64,000 nucleotides of DNA, taken from positions 41,790,001 through 41,854,000 of the forward strand of contig CM052817.1 in assembly GCA_028534125.1 (NCBI GenBank), written 5' to 3'. This DNA comes from Lama glama. Taxonomy: Eukaryota. Under the pieces are notes generated by a model. The model was given only the letters and a program-made list of their open reading frames with translations. It was not told where the DNA came from and searched no databases. The position numbers and the translations under genes were made by a program. Positions 39,721-53,639 of this stretch are shown piece by piece (the first letter of the stretch is position 1; the number at the start of each line of letters is the position of its first letter).

Positions 39721-40548
39721 GAAGTTCACATAATCTTTCAGATCAGTGCACTTGCTGTCAGTATATCAGTGCTTTTTTAAAATCATTTTAGCCCTACTTT
39801 CATTTATGGAGAAAAGTGATGCAGTCTCAGGATTTTCTTATGTCTACTGATGTCTAAACAGTCCAGTCCTACTACATTTCACCGTGAGACAAATAACCAA
39901 GGTAACTTGCTTGCATAGAATATTAGGGATATAATAACTCCATAACATGGAAGAGATTCATTTTTCAAATTTTGGTGACTTTATAACAACTTGACTCTTT
40001 TTCATATTCCAAAAGCAACCAAAAGGATTTAAAAAATACTGTACTAGATCTGAAAATGCATAGTGTTTAAAAAGTAATCAACTGTATCTCTATTCCTTAT
40101 GATGGTTTTATTTCTTGTTATAGTCACAAACATCTTTGGTGAATGCACTCGAACATTCTGCTGGTTGCTCACTCATGAGTAGATTCACTGGCTTCATTCT
40201 GTCAATCCAAACAAAACAGTAACCATTCTATATAGAGCCAGGTACTAGTGGATATAAGATTTCGATGAGAAAGCTTATTATATATGCAAAATTTCTGGAC
40301 TGAAAACCATGTTTGAATTTCTGATTATTTGTAAATGAAGATGCTTTTGCAGTATAATACATTTTATTTTAATTCAAATGATTATGGAAAGGGAACACTA
40401 AAGAAATAATTAAATTTTCACATAAAAAGGACTGATAAATTAAAATAGCATAAAAATATTTTTTGCCTATATAAGATTACATTATTGAAAGAGGGGCATT
40501 CTTTTCTTTCAAAAATGTTTGAAACTAAGCTTTTGCATCTGCATTGCA

Positions 40549-40988
40549 TGTTGGTGGGGTCCCTCCTAGATCCATTTTCCCAGGCTGGTGCACTCAGATC
40601 CAGATGCTGCAGGTGTTAATGGCTAATGGTTCACACCTGCACTCTCCTCAAAAAGGACTGCCCTTAGGTGATTGGAGCCACTTTCCTTCCTCCCCCAACC
40701 CATGTGGATTAATTGATGGAGACAGAAAAAGGGAAAGGAGAGTGTATATAAGCACATGCCTCTGACCTCAAGGCAGAACAAGTCTGATACAGTTCATGCT
40801 CCAGAGCTCCCTGCGTGATCAGACTGAGGCTGGATGTCCACTGAAACCACATCCCTACCTACCTTTTCCCTCTATGCAATCATGCAGCCCTCATTCCCTT
40901 AATAGGGTTCACATGAGAGAATTTTCTCCCTAAGTCACTTGCACTAAAATCTGCATCTTAGACTCTGCTTCTAGAACTGAACTAACAC
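40549..40988 (+). mobile_element. LTR16-family ERVL solo LTR
   Basis: cctcctagatcc...ggctggtgcac...cccagatgctgc...tgacctcaaggcagaacaa...ctccagagctccctgcgtgatcagactgaggctgg...gactctgcttctag...ctaacaca. Confidence 0.75.
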
Positions 40989-42495
40989 AACACATATTAT
41001 TTATAATTTATTAAACACCCACTAAGGATTAGGCTTATTTGTGCTTTAAACATTACATAATTTTATTCTAGAAGTATCTCAGCTCTATGAAAACTATGAT
41101 CCCCATACTGGGGAGCAGGTGTGGAACTCAGACTCTGCAGAGATGAAGAACTTGTACTTAGCTTATAAATAAGTGGGAAATCCAAGAATCAAATTCAGAT
41201 TAATACGGCTCCATAACCTCTACTCTAAAATTACTCATTGCCTCTGTATCATATTTTTGTCCAGGAAATTTAAAAAATTAAAGTTCTATCAGACTATACT
41301 TTTTTTTTAGCAAAATGGAAGTTGATGTGCATTCTATTTTCCAAACATTGATGTAATTTGTTTAAAATGAAGGTAAGATTGTATGACTCATATAATTTCC
41401 ATAAGGGCTTATTAGTGGGCAAGCATGGATTCAATTAAAAAGGAAACAAACATCTGTATAATGCCTTCATTTTCTTGAAAGGGGACATTTTATAGAAGTT
41501 GGAAAACAGCAAGGAGGGAAAAGATCATGTCAGCACAATGTTAGTGGTCATATACGACGCAATCTTATGTTTCATAGAGATTTCAACACAGGAAATGGGT
41601 ATATTAGGAACTGCCTAATTCATAGGTTTTCCTGACCCACATACAATGGTTTCTTTGAAAGATTCTGAAGGAAAAGCTGTAAGTAGTGTTTATATACCAG
41701 CTTCAATAATGCATATTTCAAAGCCCAAACTAGTCAGCCATGTAACTGTTTACACAGTCAATATTCAGTGGGAAAATGAGTGTCAACAGGTTCCATTTTC
41801 CCAACCCAGAACAGCATGCGACCCTTCATTATAATCCTCATTAGTCTCTGATTAGGAAGGGACTGTTTTACTTTTGTTTTCGAGTCAATGAATCCAGGTG
41901 TCTTAGTTTACTATCATCTGAAAAATAACGACTCCCTCCACCCACCCTTACTCTGCCATCTAGCTACCTCAAAGAGTTACGTGATCCTATCATATCAGAA
42001 ACACCGTAGGGAGACCTGTGTCTTCTTCTTCTTTGGAAAATAGCAAGTATTATGGCAAATAGCAAAGCGGGTTGCAGAGAGCAGAAAATTAATGAAAAGG
42101 ATTGTGGTTTCCTACATGGTTTCCTATAACATTGGAAAAATTCCATAACAAAGTTTTTTTTTTAATACTCTGCTACAATATCTTGCCAATGACCAACAAT
42201 CCTTAGATCTCTAATAAAAACTAAGTATTTATGGTCTCAAGGAACCCTTTCTACCATCTTTTCTAAAGAGAGACTCAAAGCTATTCAATGCTTACCTTGA
42301 GAACTATCAACAAAAGTATTGTATATTTTCTATAATTTCTATTGTATTTACAATTTTAGCTCTAGCAATGCTATAATTTTCTTTTATTGCAGAAATCATA
42401 TTATTTATTAAATACTGTATGTATCATGCAGTGTGTCAAGTGTTTAACCCATATTTTCCTTTCAATATTCAATCAAAATTAAGATGAAGGCACAC

Positions 42496-42842
42496 TTTTT
42501 TTAATTGAAGTATAGTTGATTTACAAAGTTGTATTAGTTTCTGGTGTAGAGCATAATGATTCAGTTATACATATACATTCTTTTTCATATTCTTTTTCAT
42601 TATAGGTTTTTATAAGATATTGAATATGGTTCCCCTTGCCATACATTAGGACCCTGTTGTGGATCTATTTTATATACAGTAGTTTGTATCTGCTAATCCC
42701 AAATTCCTAATTTATCCCTCCCCTCACCTTCCTCTTTGGTAACCACAAGTTTGCTTCTCTGTCTGTGGGTCACTCTGTTTTGTAAATAAGTTCATTTGTA
42801 TCATTATTTTTAGATTTCACATATAAGTGATATATAATATCT
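42496..42842 (-). mobile_element. Relatively young LINE-1 3' end inserted in a MIR
   Basis: tttttttaattgaagtatagttgatttacaa...tttagatttcacatataagtgata. Flanked by a ~15-bp imperfect TSD tgaaggcacactttt / tgaaggtactctttt followed by aa (TTTT/AA endonuclease site). Confidence 0.88.
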
Positions 42843-43099
42843 GTTGAAGGTACTCTTTTAATCTCTACATTACAGAGCAGGACATTGCACCTTAGAAAAC
42901 TAACATAGTCTGTTTTCAATTTATAATACTGGTAAGTAGTAAATCTGAAACCTTAGACTACTTAATGTTTACCTCCAACTTCTATGCTCTTAATCAATGA
43001 ACTATACTAAGTCCTCTAAAGCCCGGATCACACTTCTGTTCCCATTAATAAAATTATCATCAGTTGTTTATACTTTCCACTGAATCCCCCAAATAGAAA

Positions 43100-44260
43100 T
43101 GCATGAATAATATTCAAAACTCCCTCTCACCATTTCCTATATCAAAACAAAGTTATCTCCTGATTACTCAAATCCATGTTTTTCCTACCATTCATGTTGT
43201 CACTTCCTGATCCCAGCCTTTTATGATCTATCTGAAATGTTACAACAGCTCTCAGTTGACCTCCTCTTCTCATATTTCATCCCCTACCCCTACAGACACA
43301 TACTTATCCTTACATACTGCTGCTAATGTACTCTTAAAATACCCATTTGATGACATTGGCTACCCGTCTAAATTCTTTCATGGATACACACCATCTTCAG
43401 GGCACTGTCCATGCTACTGAGCACAGCACAACAGAGCCCTTAGAGCTGCCTGTTGCCCACCTCTTTGGCTCTCTTGCCATCACATATATTTGAGACTATT
43501 TACAAGGTAGAATTGACCAGCTTTGGTCACCAACTGGAGGTGACATCTGAAGAATGGAAGAGGAACAGAAATTTGGTTTAGTTGTAGATTAAATGTTAGT
43601 ATCTGAGGTATAGCAATATGGAGATAAACACTGGAATCTTTTTCTTCAGCTCTCTACTTAACACTTCCACTTCTTTCATAAAAGACAACTCAAACTCAGT
43701 CTATGTTTAAAATCAGATCCATGGTCTCTATACCCTACTGCCCATCTTTGAGTGCACCACCAATTATCCACGGCCACTCTCTTTGTCTTAACCCCTTCCT
43801 TAGCCCTGTCCTGTCACCAATTCCTGCCTAGTTTACCTTCTAAATAACTCTTAGATCAGCTCTCTTTCCTTTATTTTTCCTATCATCTTCCTGGTCCAGG
43901 CTACGATCTCATCTTCTCTCACCAGATCTTGCATTTATTGGCATTTCCTTTATCAGCTCTATAATTTATTCTCTATACTGAAGGCATACAGATCTTTTTC
44001 TGTCCGAAAATCTGATCACATCATCTCTCAGCCCACTTCCTCACAGTCAGAACTTTTTTGGTTTTTCCTTCATGGCACCTATCACAGTTGCAATTTTGCT
44101 TTATTTGTATGCTTACTTGATTACTTGATTTTCCAAGCAACTTTAAGCTCCACAAGGCACTTGCCATCCACTGTTCCTCAGAAACCCACACAAATCCTTG
44201 TACAGAAACAGTTATCACCATTTAATAAACAACTGAATAAGTTAATAAACAGATGGACAG
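43100..44260 (+). mobile_element. LINE-2 fragments
   Basis: aactcaaactcagtctatgtttaaaa, cctgtcaccaattcctgcc...taccttctaaata, aaaatctgatcacatca, tttaagctccacaaggca. Confidence 0.65.
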
Positions 44261-46699
44261 CAAGATCTAAGCCTCTGTTTTGGTAGCAGGAGGCATAGAG
44301 TCAGTGAGCCAAGGCTCTGGGTGATTCACTAAGGGAAAATGTGTATAGTGGGAGAGATGCTGGTCAAGTTGAGGTGTAAGGTGGTCAGCTAAGAAAGAGA
44401 CTGAGATCAAAAGTCAGAAGAAAGTTGGAAAACTATACAAAGATAGGAGAGAAAACAGATGATCAAACACGTAAATACCTCAGAGTATTTTAGAAAGAAA
44501 TTGGAAACTACTGTCTCAAATATTTTCTTCAGTCTCTATCACAGATATGAAATGCTTTCAAGATGTTACATCTTCATTCAAGCATCCTCTGTAATTCTAC
44601 CATTTTTATCAAGACATTGCTGGAAATTGAAAAAAAAAACCTTAATCTCATCCTCTTTTAAATGCTCAATTATTTAACATTTTCACTGATTTTTCTGAGA
44701 AAATGCATTTTGCAGTCCCTCATAAGTTCATACAATGTGTTCAGTTCTCTGTGAATTTTTTTGTCTACATGTATCACTATGATTTGCTTCTCATCCGAGT
44801 TTTTGGTTATCTAGAACCAGACCTGATTAATGTGCTTTTCCAAGCATTTATTATAAACATATACTTAATAAATGCCTCACTGTGGTGGCAGTGTTAAAAA
44901 CTTCATCACATGAGCAATCAAAAAACTGCACTTCTCAGGAAACAATATATCTGCTCCCAAATGAGAAGAAAATTGTTAGTCATTTTAGTCTTTAATTTTT
45001 TTTTTAAATCTGAAATACATGGGACATGAGGTAGAAATGTTTCCCTACATGAATAGCTCACATTTAAAATAAAATTAAATAATTATATTACTAGGAAAAA
45101 ATACTCATTGTACCCATCATTTGAAATACTACACAGTTAATCCTTTCAAACATTTTTGTACATGAATTGCACATAAGGCTCAATGTTTTGTCTAAACAAA
45201 GTGCATGGAACATCATAGTAATTTAAAACACACTATTTTGGAAAAGATGTTTTAAAAATGTGTGGTTATACATATATGTAAAGGTATGCTTCCATATTGT
45301 GCTTGTATATATGGATATATGGCTATATATACATATACATATATAATACACATTATTTTGTATACATTATATATGAAATTTAGAGGCATTAATGAAATAA
45401 CACAAATTCTCAAATTAAATTGAGTTACTTCTGGCTTACAACAAGCTTTTTTAAAAAGGGATTTATCTAAACAATATTTGTATTGACAACATCTGACCCA
45501 ATGAACCAATGAAAGCTTTAAAGGAAGTACTTTTCAAGAATTTTTATTCTTCAAGTAGCAGCTATATAACCTTTAGTTTTCATAAAACCCTGTTCTCTCC
45601 CAGGACACAGCCCAAGATTACACGTCCAAGCAGCAGCTTTGTGGGAATGGTATAAATGCATATAATAAGCAAATAATCCTACAGCTTGTGCATTGAAAAT
45701 ATTATGGTGGGGGCCCCTGGGGATCGGGGACAGAGAGCAGTGCTGTTTTCCCAAGCTCCAGGCTCTATAGCAGAGTAAATTCAAAGACTAAGCAGCAAAA
45801 ACTAATACATCATGTTTGTAATTAGTTGACCAGAGGGAGAAAGAAGACACTCAGAATAAGATTCAATTACACTAAATAGCATCTGAAACCTGGGATCACC
45901 AAACTTAAAAATAAAATAAAAACTTGTGAGTGTGGGAAAGTAAATTTAATTTTCTTCTAATTTCCTAGCTACATTTAAAGAAAATTACCTAGGAAAATTG
46001 CTATGAAATTAGTCCTTCAAGCCTTAATAGGCCAGGCAGGTCAACTATGTCAGTTCTAAAACTATATAATTTTTCTAGTATTACTTTCAGTAAGATGAAA
46101 CAAAGGGTAGCAAATGTGCCTCTCAGTTGAAGTCCTCCATTTATTTTGCCCCTACACATTATGTAGAGAAATCCCAATGCTCAGGAAATAGTCATTTCCC
46201 TTTGAGAGCTCAGCCCTCATAAAATTCATATATAATTTCTGCTGACAGCAAATTAATATAGATTCAAATCTCATGAATATTGTATACTTCATAGGACTGC
46301 TTTTCAAAAAGCATATCCATTTAGTTAATGGCTTTTAAGTAAGCCTATGATTCTAACAATTAGATCTTTCTAAAATATGTTGTATTCTGTTGTAAACAGT
46401 TTGCTATAAAATCATTTGGAGTCTTCGTTAAGATTAGGAAAATAGAAAATTAAGCCTTAAATGCAGCCCTTGGTACAATGACATGTATTCTGCTGATTAT
46501 AATAATACTATAAATTCAAAGGGCCAGATAAATGATCATATGTTATTTTCAGAGTTGGCAAGCTATGAGTCTAAAAAAGATTCTAGTTTCCAAATCAGTG
46601 GCAACCTACCCAACATTAAATGACTCAAAAAAACTTCAATTTAGGTTTTCTAAGGGAAAAAAATCATAATGATATAAGGTCATTTGGAGCAACAATACA

Positions 46700-48400
46700 G
46701 AAAAAGCAGATAAACTCACAGTAGGGCTATCTCATCTTCCAAAATTTCAATCCAACATACTCAGTAGGTGCGCCTCTAGGCTCTTTCTTCCCTCCTGCTA
46801 TAACTTTAACAGTGGTTCCGCCCCTCTCAAAAGGCAAACATTTTCCTGGAGCTCTGGAGCCCATCTTGCCAGCAAGAATCTCCTTTGTCCCCTACACCAC
46901 CAATACTCCTCTCTCTACTGAATCACTCCTATTAACATAAAACTTGGTTAATAGTATCCGTCTTAAAACACAATAAAACAAACTTCCTGGACCCCCGGCC
47001 CTATATCAGCTATCACTCAGTGTATGTTACACAGCACTGTAAAAATCCTCAAAACAATTGTTTCTCCTTATCTTCAAGTACACACTTTTTTTCTTTTCTC
47101 TATTTAATCCACCAAGACATTTAATCAAAGCTCTCCACTGAAACAGCCCTCAACAATGTAACCAATGATATTTACCTGCTCAAAAACAAGAACAAACTTT
47201 TTATCCTTTGTTGTGGATTGAATTATGTCCCCTCAAAAGGTATGTTGAGGTCTTAACCCCTGGTACTTGCGGAAACAAACTTATTGGGAAATGGACTCTT
47301 CATGGATGTCATAAAATTAACATTAAGTCATATTTAACTGGGGGAGGAGGTGCTAATCCAGTATGACTGGTGTCTTTGTAGGAACATAAGACAGAGACAT
47401 AGATACACCAGAATGCCACGTGATGATGGAGGCAGAGATTAGAAGGATGTCTACAAATCAAAGAACATCAATAGCTGTCAGCAACATCAGAAGCTAAGGG
47501 GAAGGCATGGAACAGACTTTCCCCCAGATCCTGCAGAATGGTTCTGCTGTCACCTTGATTTCAGACTTTTGGCCTTTAGAACCATTAGAGAGCAAATTTC
47601 TGTTGTTTTAAGCCACTCAGTTTGCGGTAATTTGTTATGGCAGCCATGGGAAACTAATATATCATCTTAGCCTAACTTACCTCCTTATTTCTGCTCTAGA
47701 CTTCTTCCCCACATTCTCCTACCCTGCCCAGCAGCAATGAGGTCAGTCTTTCTAAAGTGTTAATCAGATCAGGTCACTTCTCTGCTTAAGATCATCCATC
47801 TAACTTTCTGTCACAATAATAAAAGAATAGACATAAAAATTAAAAATAAAGAATAAAATAAAAATTCCTTAAAACCTGTATGATCTGGCTGCTGACCCCC
47901 CCTCTGACCTCATCTGTCTTTATAATTCCCTTCAATAACTGCATTCCAGTCATTCTGGTCTTCTTACCATCTCTTGAACATGCCATGATTGCTGTCAATT
48001 CAGATTTTATTACACTGTTCCTTCTTCTCAGGGTATCTCCCCTTCGCAAATATTTATCTGTTTGTAGTGTCACATCATTCAAATTCCATGGCCACCTTCT
48101 CCATTTCATTCAAGTATTAACAGATGTCACCTCCTTAAAGTGATTTTCATGTTTACAGTAACTAAAGCAATCAACCACTGTCTAGTCAATCTCTCTATAG
48201 CCAATATTCTGATTTTATACACCTATCCAGAGCTGAAATTAACTGTTCCACTTTTATTTTGCTTACTTATTTTCTTCCTCCTCTCTCAAATATAAAGAAC
48301 TTTAAAGTCACAGATTCTGCAGTGCCCCAGTGTCCCAGTGACTAAAACAGTTCCAGGCTTGAGCAGGTGCACAAGAAATATTTGCTGAATGATTGGAAAA
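46700..48400 (+). mobile_element. LINE-2 (interrupted by an MLT1 LTR)
   Basis: ctccactgaaacagcc...caatgtaaccaatga, cagatcaggtcacttctctgcttaa, aaatatttgctgaatga. Confidence 0.7.
47209..47661 (+). mobile_element. MLT1C-like MaLR solo LTR
   Basis: tgttgtggattgaattatgtcccctcaaaag...caccttgatttcagacttttggcct...aatttctgttgttttaagccactcagtttgcggtaatttgttatggcagccatgggaaactaata. Confidence 0.85.
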
Positions 48401-50015
48401 TGGATGGGAGTTGGTCAAGAAAATACACAGGCATATCATTTAGGAGGCTGTTATAATAATATATTTAAGATATTATGGGGGTCTGAATCTAGATAAATGA
48501 TATTTGAAATGGTGAAATATGAAGTGATCTGACATATTTAGGAGAACTTAGTGGCTCATTCAACATAAGTGAGAGAGGATAAAGGAATTTATTGTAACTG
48601 ACATACTTCTGAGCTGGATAAATGAGTGGATGATGCTGTCATTCATTGTCAAAGGAAATACCAACAAGATAGAAAGGTTAATAAAGATATATTTGAAAGG
48701 AAGTATACCATGGTGGTAAAAGATATGGGCCTAGGTCTGTAAAGCTGTTTGTATTTGTCAGTGCTACCGTCTAACAATGAGCTACTATTTTCAACCCTAA
48801 GAAATCTGACTTCTGTCCTTACTATGGATGCATTTCGTTCTTCTCAGGTATTTTTTCTTAATTTGCATGTTCTCAAACACAACAGATCCTGATGCTCACT
48901 TGCTCCTTCTTGAAAGTACTTGCCATGGATTCCTGTGAGACCACATTTTTCTGCTTTATTCCTACTGTTCTAGCTACTCTTTCCATTAAGGGTCAGATAA
49001 ATTCCAAACTTTTCTATTGTAACTGACAAAGTCTTCTAAAGTCTAGTCTCTGCCCATATTTCCAATCTCACCTCTTTAAATCTCACTCAGCCCACTTCCA
49101 CCAAGAAACTTTCCCTGATTTCAAGTCTAGGATAGTTCTGTACAATTATCTAACCAAGGCATGATGTTTTCCCTTTCTGAAGTACGTTTGAGGATTTTAC
49201 CTGTATGTGAAATTTTCAAGGTACCTGATAGAAAATGCCAACTTTTTTAATTGGTAAAATAGACCTCCTTATAACATCTTTTTCTGTTACTCTAAAATTT
49301 TCAACATACCACTTCTGATTATTTTTCTGTAAGTCATTTATTGCACTTTCAGCATGAATATTTACCTACTTTTATCCTTAACTTGAAACATTTTAAGACT
49401 AACAGAAGACTGCTATCACTAATATTATATTGGCAAAGCAAGAAAGGAAATATTTATTCTAAATAATATTAGCAATGTTAAGTAGTTGATCTAGTATACG
49501 TTTTAATAAAGCAAGAGCAAGTTCTCCCTGGATGATTCAAAATCATGTCTCTTCATTATGTGGTTTCTATCCCATCTCCCAGGGAAGACTCCAAGACTAT
49601 CTTCTAGAGGTAGCATGAAATCAGGTAGGCAGGGGGCAAAACTTGGGGATGAGTGGATGACATGACTTGGAGAAATGTACTAGGAGGTTGGGCTGAAAAG
49701 AAGCGGGACGTTTCAACATAGGACTAGCACAGAGTTGAAGATGACACCCAGTCTGCTAAATATAGGCATTTTCTCCACAATAGATGCATAGAATACTACT
49801 ATTTCTCACCATTTGGTTACTTCTGTAGATATAATTGGAATAACATTTTTCAACATATATTCCTGTAATATATAAATAATAAAGAGCCATATTATGTCCC
49901 TCATGAATTAATTTTCAGAGACAATATTAAATGCTATATTTTTACTTACTAGACATTATATACTAACTGTGTCTTCAAGGTATACATTTTTAGCCTTTGA
50001 ATGAAATGTACTCAC

Positions 50016-50106
50016 GCTCACTTTTCCACTGCGATTATCTTCTTCTCTCACTGCCAGAGCCTTCAGAAAATTGTCTTGCAGGTCTTTACCAGCACTTGTT
50101 AATGTC
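50016..50106 (-). CDS. CFAP299: Internal coding exon (91 bp, probably exon 3) of cilia- and flagella-associated protein 299 (C4orf22)
   Basis: Minus strand reads ...atctgctttttatag|G ACA TTA ACA AGT GCT GGT AAA GAC CTG CAA GAC AAT TTT CTG AAG GCT CTG GCA GTG AGA GAA GAA GAT AAT CGC AGT GGA AAA GTG AGC|gtgagt. This translates to TLTSAGKDLQDNFLKALAVREEDNRSGKVS, which closely matches the CFAP299 segment as I recall it (TLTSAGKDLQDNFL.ALA.REEDNRSGK.S). Canonical splice sites, phase 2 to phase 0. Confidence 0.93.
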
Positions 50107-50779
50107 CTATAAAAAGCAGATCTTCAGTCATATTAGATAACAAATATATTTAGAATACTATGGGTAAAAAAAAATGCTTCTTTATTCCAAATGACAATTC
50201 CTTATAATACTAAAACTATACATACACATTACACATAATCATTATAAACCACACACAATTATTATAATCTACTAGATTCTTACATTTAATTTCATATAGT
50301 CTTTATTTACAAATAATTAGAATCAAGTTTATAAATAATATACATGCCTATATCAATACACATGCCAGATTCAGTTAATTCCACTCACATGCTCATTTTA
50401 TTCTATCATGCCATGAAAATTCAATTTATTCCCCTCACAACCCACAATGAATTTAAATTGCCTATAATTTAAGCATAATTTATTTATTTAATATAAAAGA
50501 ATTAAAATACTAGTGACCTAGGCCAACTCAGTTATTGAAACAGAGCATTCATTTTAGCTCCATGAATGGGGATAATCAAAGCAAGACAGGACACTAGGTT
50601 GTCTCTGTCAGATAAAAGAATGTTAAGAATTCAAAAGAGAAATTTTTCTTTATTTCTCTGGAAATAAATTTTAAAGAAAATTCATCACAAAGATCTCAGT
50701 CAAGCAACACTGAGCCACAAAATAAAGAGTGAGTTCAAGAGTGATTAGTGAAATAATAATCCCTTATTTGGCAATTTTC

Positions 50780-51670
50780 TATATATTCAAAAAACATTTC
50801 TATTGTGTGTCCATTATGTACCAGAGACTGCACCAAGGACAAAGATGAATGGCACATAGTTCCTCCTCTCAAGTTCCTGTGGTCTCAAAGAGGTGAACAG
50901 ATACAGAAACACTGTAGTATAATACCATGGGATAACTGTAATAATAGAGATATGGATGGATATTGAGGAGTTCGTAAGAGAAATATCCTACTTATTCAAG
51001 GAAAAGTCATTTAACTTAAGCTTTCAAGTAATTATTGAACTAAATGTTAAAAGATGAGATAGAATTAGCCAGCTTGGGGGTTGGGGTGGTGGGAGAGGGA
51101 AAGAGTTATCAGTAACTATAAGAGAGATATGAAACTGCAAAGTGCCCTTGGGTAATTGCAAAAGTCAGACGGTAAGTGCAGGAAATGAGGGAGAATTCAT
51201 ATAATATTAAAAATAAAAGCTAACATTTGAATACACATACTGTTATAAATACTTAGTTAAGGTCACACAGCTAATAGGAGCAGACCTATATTCAAACCCA
51301 GGCAGTCTGGTTCTAAAACACATTCTCATAACCACTAGGCCACATTGCCTTTCCAGGAAGGCCTTGTATGCTACACTAAGAAGTTAGAACCTTGTCTTTT
51401 AGGAGATATTGAACCACAAGGGTCTTATGCAAGGAAATAAGACAGTCAACTTTGTTTTTTAGTAAAAATATCCAGCAGCTGTGATAAATATAATCTAGAG
51501 AAGAACCACAATGGAAAGATTAATTAGGGGGCTTTAGAAGAGATGAAGAAGACCTGATTTAAAGCAGTGGTGGTAAGAATAGGAAGGGATAGATTTGGAA
51601 AATATTTTAAAAGGTAAAAGACCTTGTGATTTCTTTTTGTGAAGAGTTAAAGAGAGGCTACCACCAAGTT
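50780..51670 (-). mobile_element. LINE-2 fragments with a nested MIR (~51210-51350)
   Basis: cattatgtaccagagactgcac...aagatgaatggcacatagttcct, and aaggtcacacagctaataggagcagacc...ttcaaacccaggcagtctgg. Confidence 0.7.
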
Positions 51671-52204
51671 TCTTTAAATCAACATAGCCATGTACAATAT
51701 GTAACCTACCAATTAGTTTGTTGAACTATAAATGCAACCCATTAAGTTGATCGTAACTTGTCAGCTTCTTCTATTCTAGATCTGTGTGCCTTGGCTTATA
51801 GTGTCAGTATCAACTAATAGTCCAAAACATCTAAATATACATAAAAATAACTAGTAATTAGTACCAATAGAGAGAATCAGATATTTGAGAAACTACTCAA
51901 TTTACTGTTCTATTCAAAAGTGAGACAATACACCTATGCACTATCCTAACATTGAATCTTCAAAATATCAAATTCATTTTGTCAGTAGCTTGCCCAGAAA
52001 ACATGTATTGTTTCTCCACTGCTCACAAGATAATCTTACCACTTGGTCAGTTTCTACCTAATTCCTCCTTATGGTCTATATTTAAAACTAGAATGAGTTA
52101 GAAATTCTCTGTGAAGTTTGAACAGAGAATTAGCTCCCATAGACCCACAGACCATCTAAAAATTATAGTTGAAGGAATGAAATAGACCTTCATATGTGGT
52201 CTTC

Positions 52205-52622
52205 TGTGATAGTTATAGACACCTGTTGGTTTTACCTCCCTGATATCCCTCCTGACTTTTTGATAAGAGGACCCCAATTTTTATTTGGGAAATGGTCCTG
52301 CTCATATTCCATGCTTTGGTAAACAGTCAGTCAAGGTACCCACTCACTTACAACTCTTACCTCCCAAACTTCAGCTAATGAATATGCCTTGGCTTAACCA
52401 GTGTCACTTCAGCTCATGAGAATGCACATCATACACAGAGAGACACAAGGATGAAAAGCAACTGGAGTTGTAGTGATTATCCTTAATTGCAACTACTTAG
52501 CCTCATCACTCAACTTTCTCTTCAAATCTACGATAATCAGTGCTCCTCCAATAAATCCCCTTTTTAAATCTATTTCATTAGAATTGGTTTCTTGCTCACA
52601 ACCAAAGCCTCTAATTGATACA
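52205..52622 (+). mobile_element. Old MLT1-family MaLR LTR
   Basis: tgtgatagttatagac...caataaatccccttttt...agaattggtttcttgctcacaaccaaag...ctaattgataca. Confidence 0.65.
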
Positions 52623-53155
52623 ACTGGTATCCAGTTAAGATACTGCAGATCTCCTAAAGGTTTCCTTATAGTAAGTCTACTCCCCACTCCTCCCACCTCC
52701 TCAAACACACTTTATTTTGTTGTAAACCTTTAGAACATTACAGATAAGTTAAAGTCCAATTTGATCACCAACCCTGAAGCCAAAACACCAAAGGTAACCA
52801 TCATTATCAGGTTTGCATGCATCCTTTAAGGTTATTTTCTATTGTTTATTTGTATATGTGTACCCATAAAAACATACACAGTATCATTTGGTGACTTGTT
52901 CATTTTACTACATATTTTGCAACTTACTGTTTTATTGCATTGCTGTTATTGTTCTTGAGAATGGGTGTTTATGAGAGTGTCAAGGAAGATCAAAATCATC
53001 CTCAGGTCTGTCAGACATGAAAAGCCAGAATATATGACTAGGTACCATTCAAAATAGGGAAGGAACTCCTAACGTTCTGGCAGGCCTGGCTCTCTTACTA
53101 ACTAATGGCTGAGGTTTTCACCAGATATCTAGGCAGGACAGGAAAAGGGAGTAAC

Positions 53156-53639
53156 TGTAGTAGAATTTTTGCTTTCCCTGGACACTTACCGTGGCATACC
53201 CTTTTCTCCCTTCTTCGTAAAAATAAAGTCTCAGTTTTCACCTGTAGCTTCTTAGAATAAAGACTACATTTCCTAGCCTTTTTTTTCAACTATTTGTATC
53301 CATATGACTAACTTTTGCACAATGGGATCCAAGTGAAAATTATACACAACTTTTAGGAAGTGTATTTAAAGGGAGTGGGTACCATTTTTCCCTGAAGTCA
53401 GTATGCAGTAGAAAGACTGTGGCTCCAGCTGCCATCCTGACGTAAGTGGGAGGCCACTATTATTGAGAAACAAGAGAAAGGAGCATGGTCTTTGACACCT
53501 TGGAGAACCGACACAGCCCTGACTGACACCATCTGGACTTCTGGAATATAACACGGAAAAGGGTTTATATTTTGTTTCTGCCACTATCATTTGGGGCTTT
53601 TTCCTACTATTTTTAACTAAACTAATCTAAACAGATACA
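53156..53639 (+). mobile_element. MLT1J-like MaLR LTR
   Basis: tgtagtagaattttt...aagactacatttcctagcct...catatgactaac...ctccagctgccatcctgac...ctaatctaaacagataca. Confidence 0.7.

Larger units (their letters stand above)
1..50015 (-). other. CFAP299: Very large CFAP299 intron downstream of the exon (continues beyond the window start)
   Basis: GTGAGT donor at 50015-50010. I found no segment encoding the next CFAP299 peptide (SVIFIRDRN...) in the window. Content is repeats and unique non-coding DNA. Confidence 0.8.
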
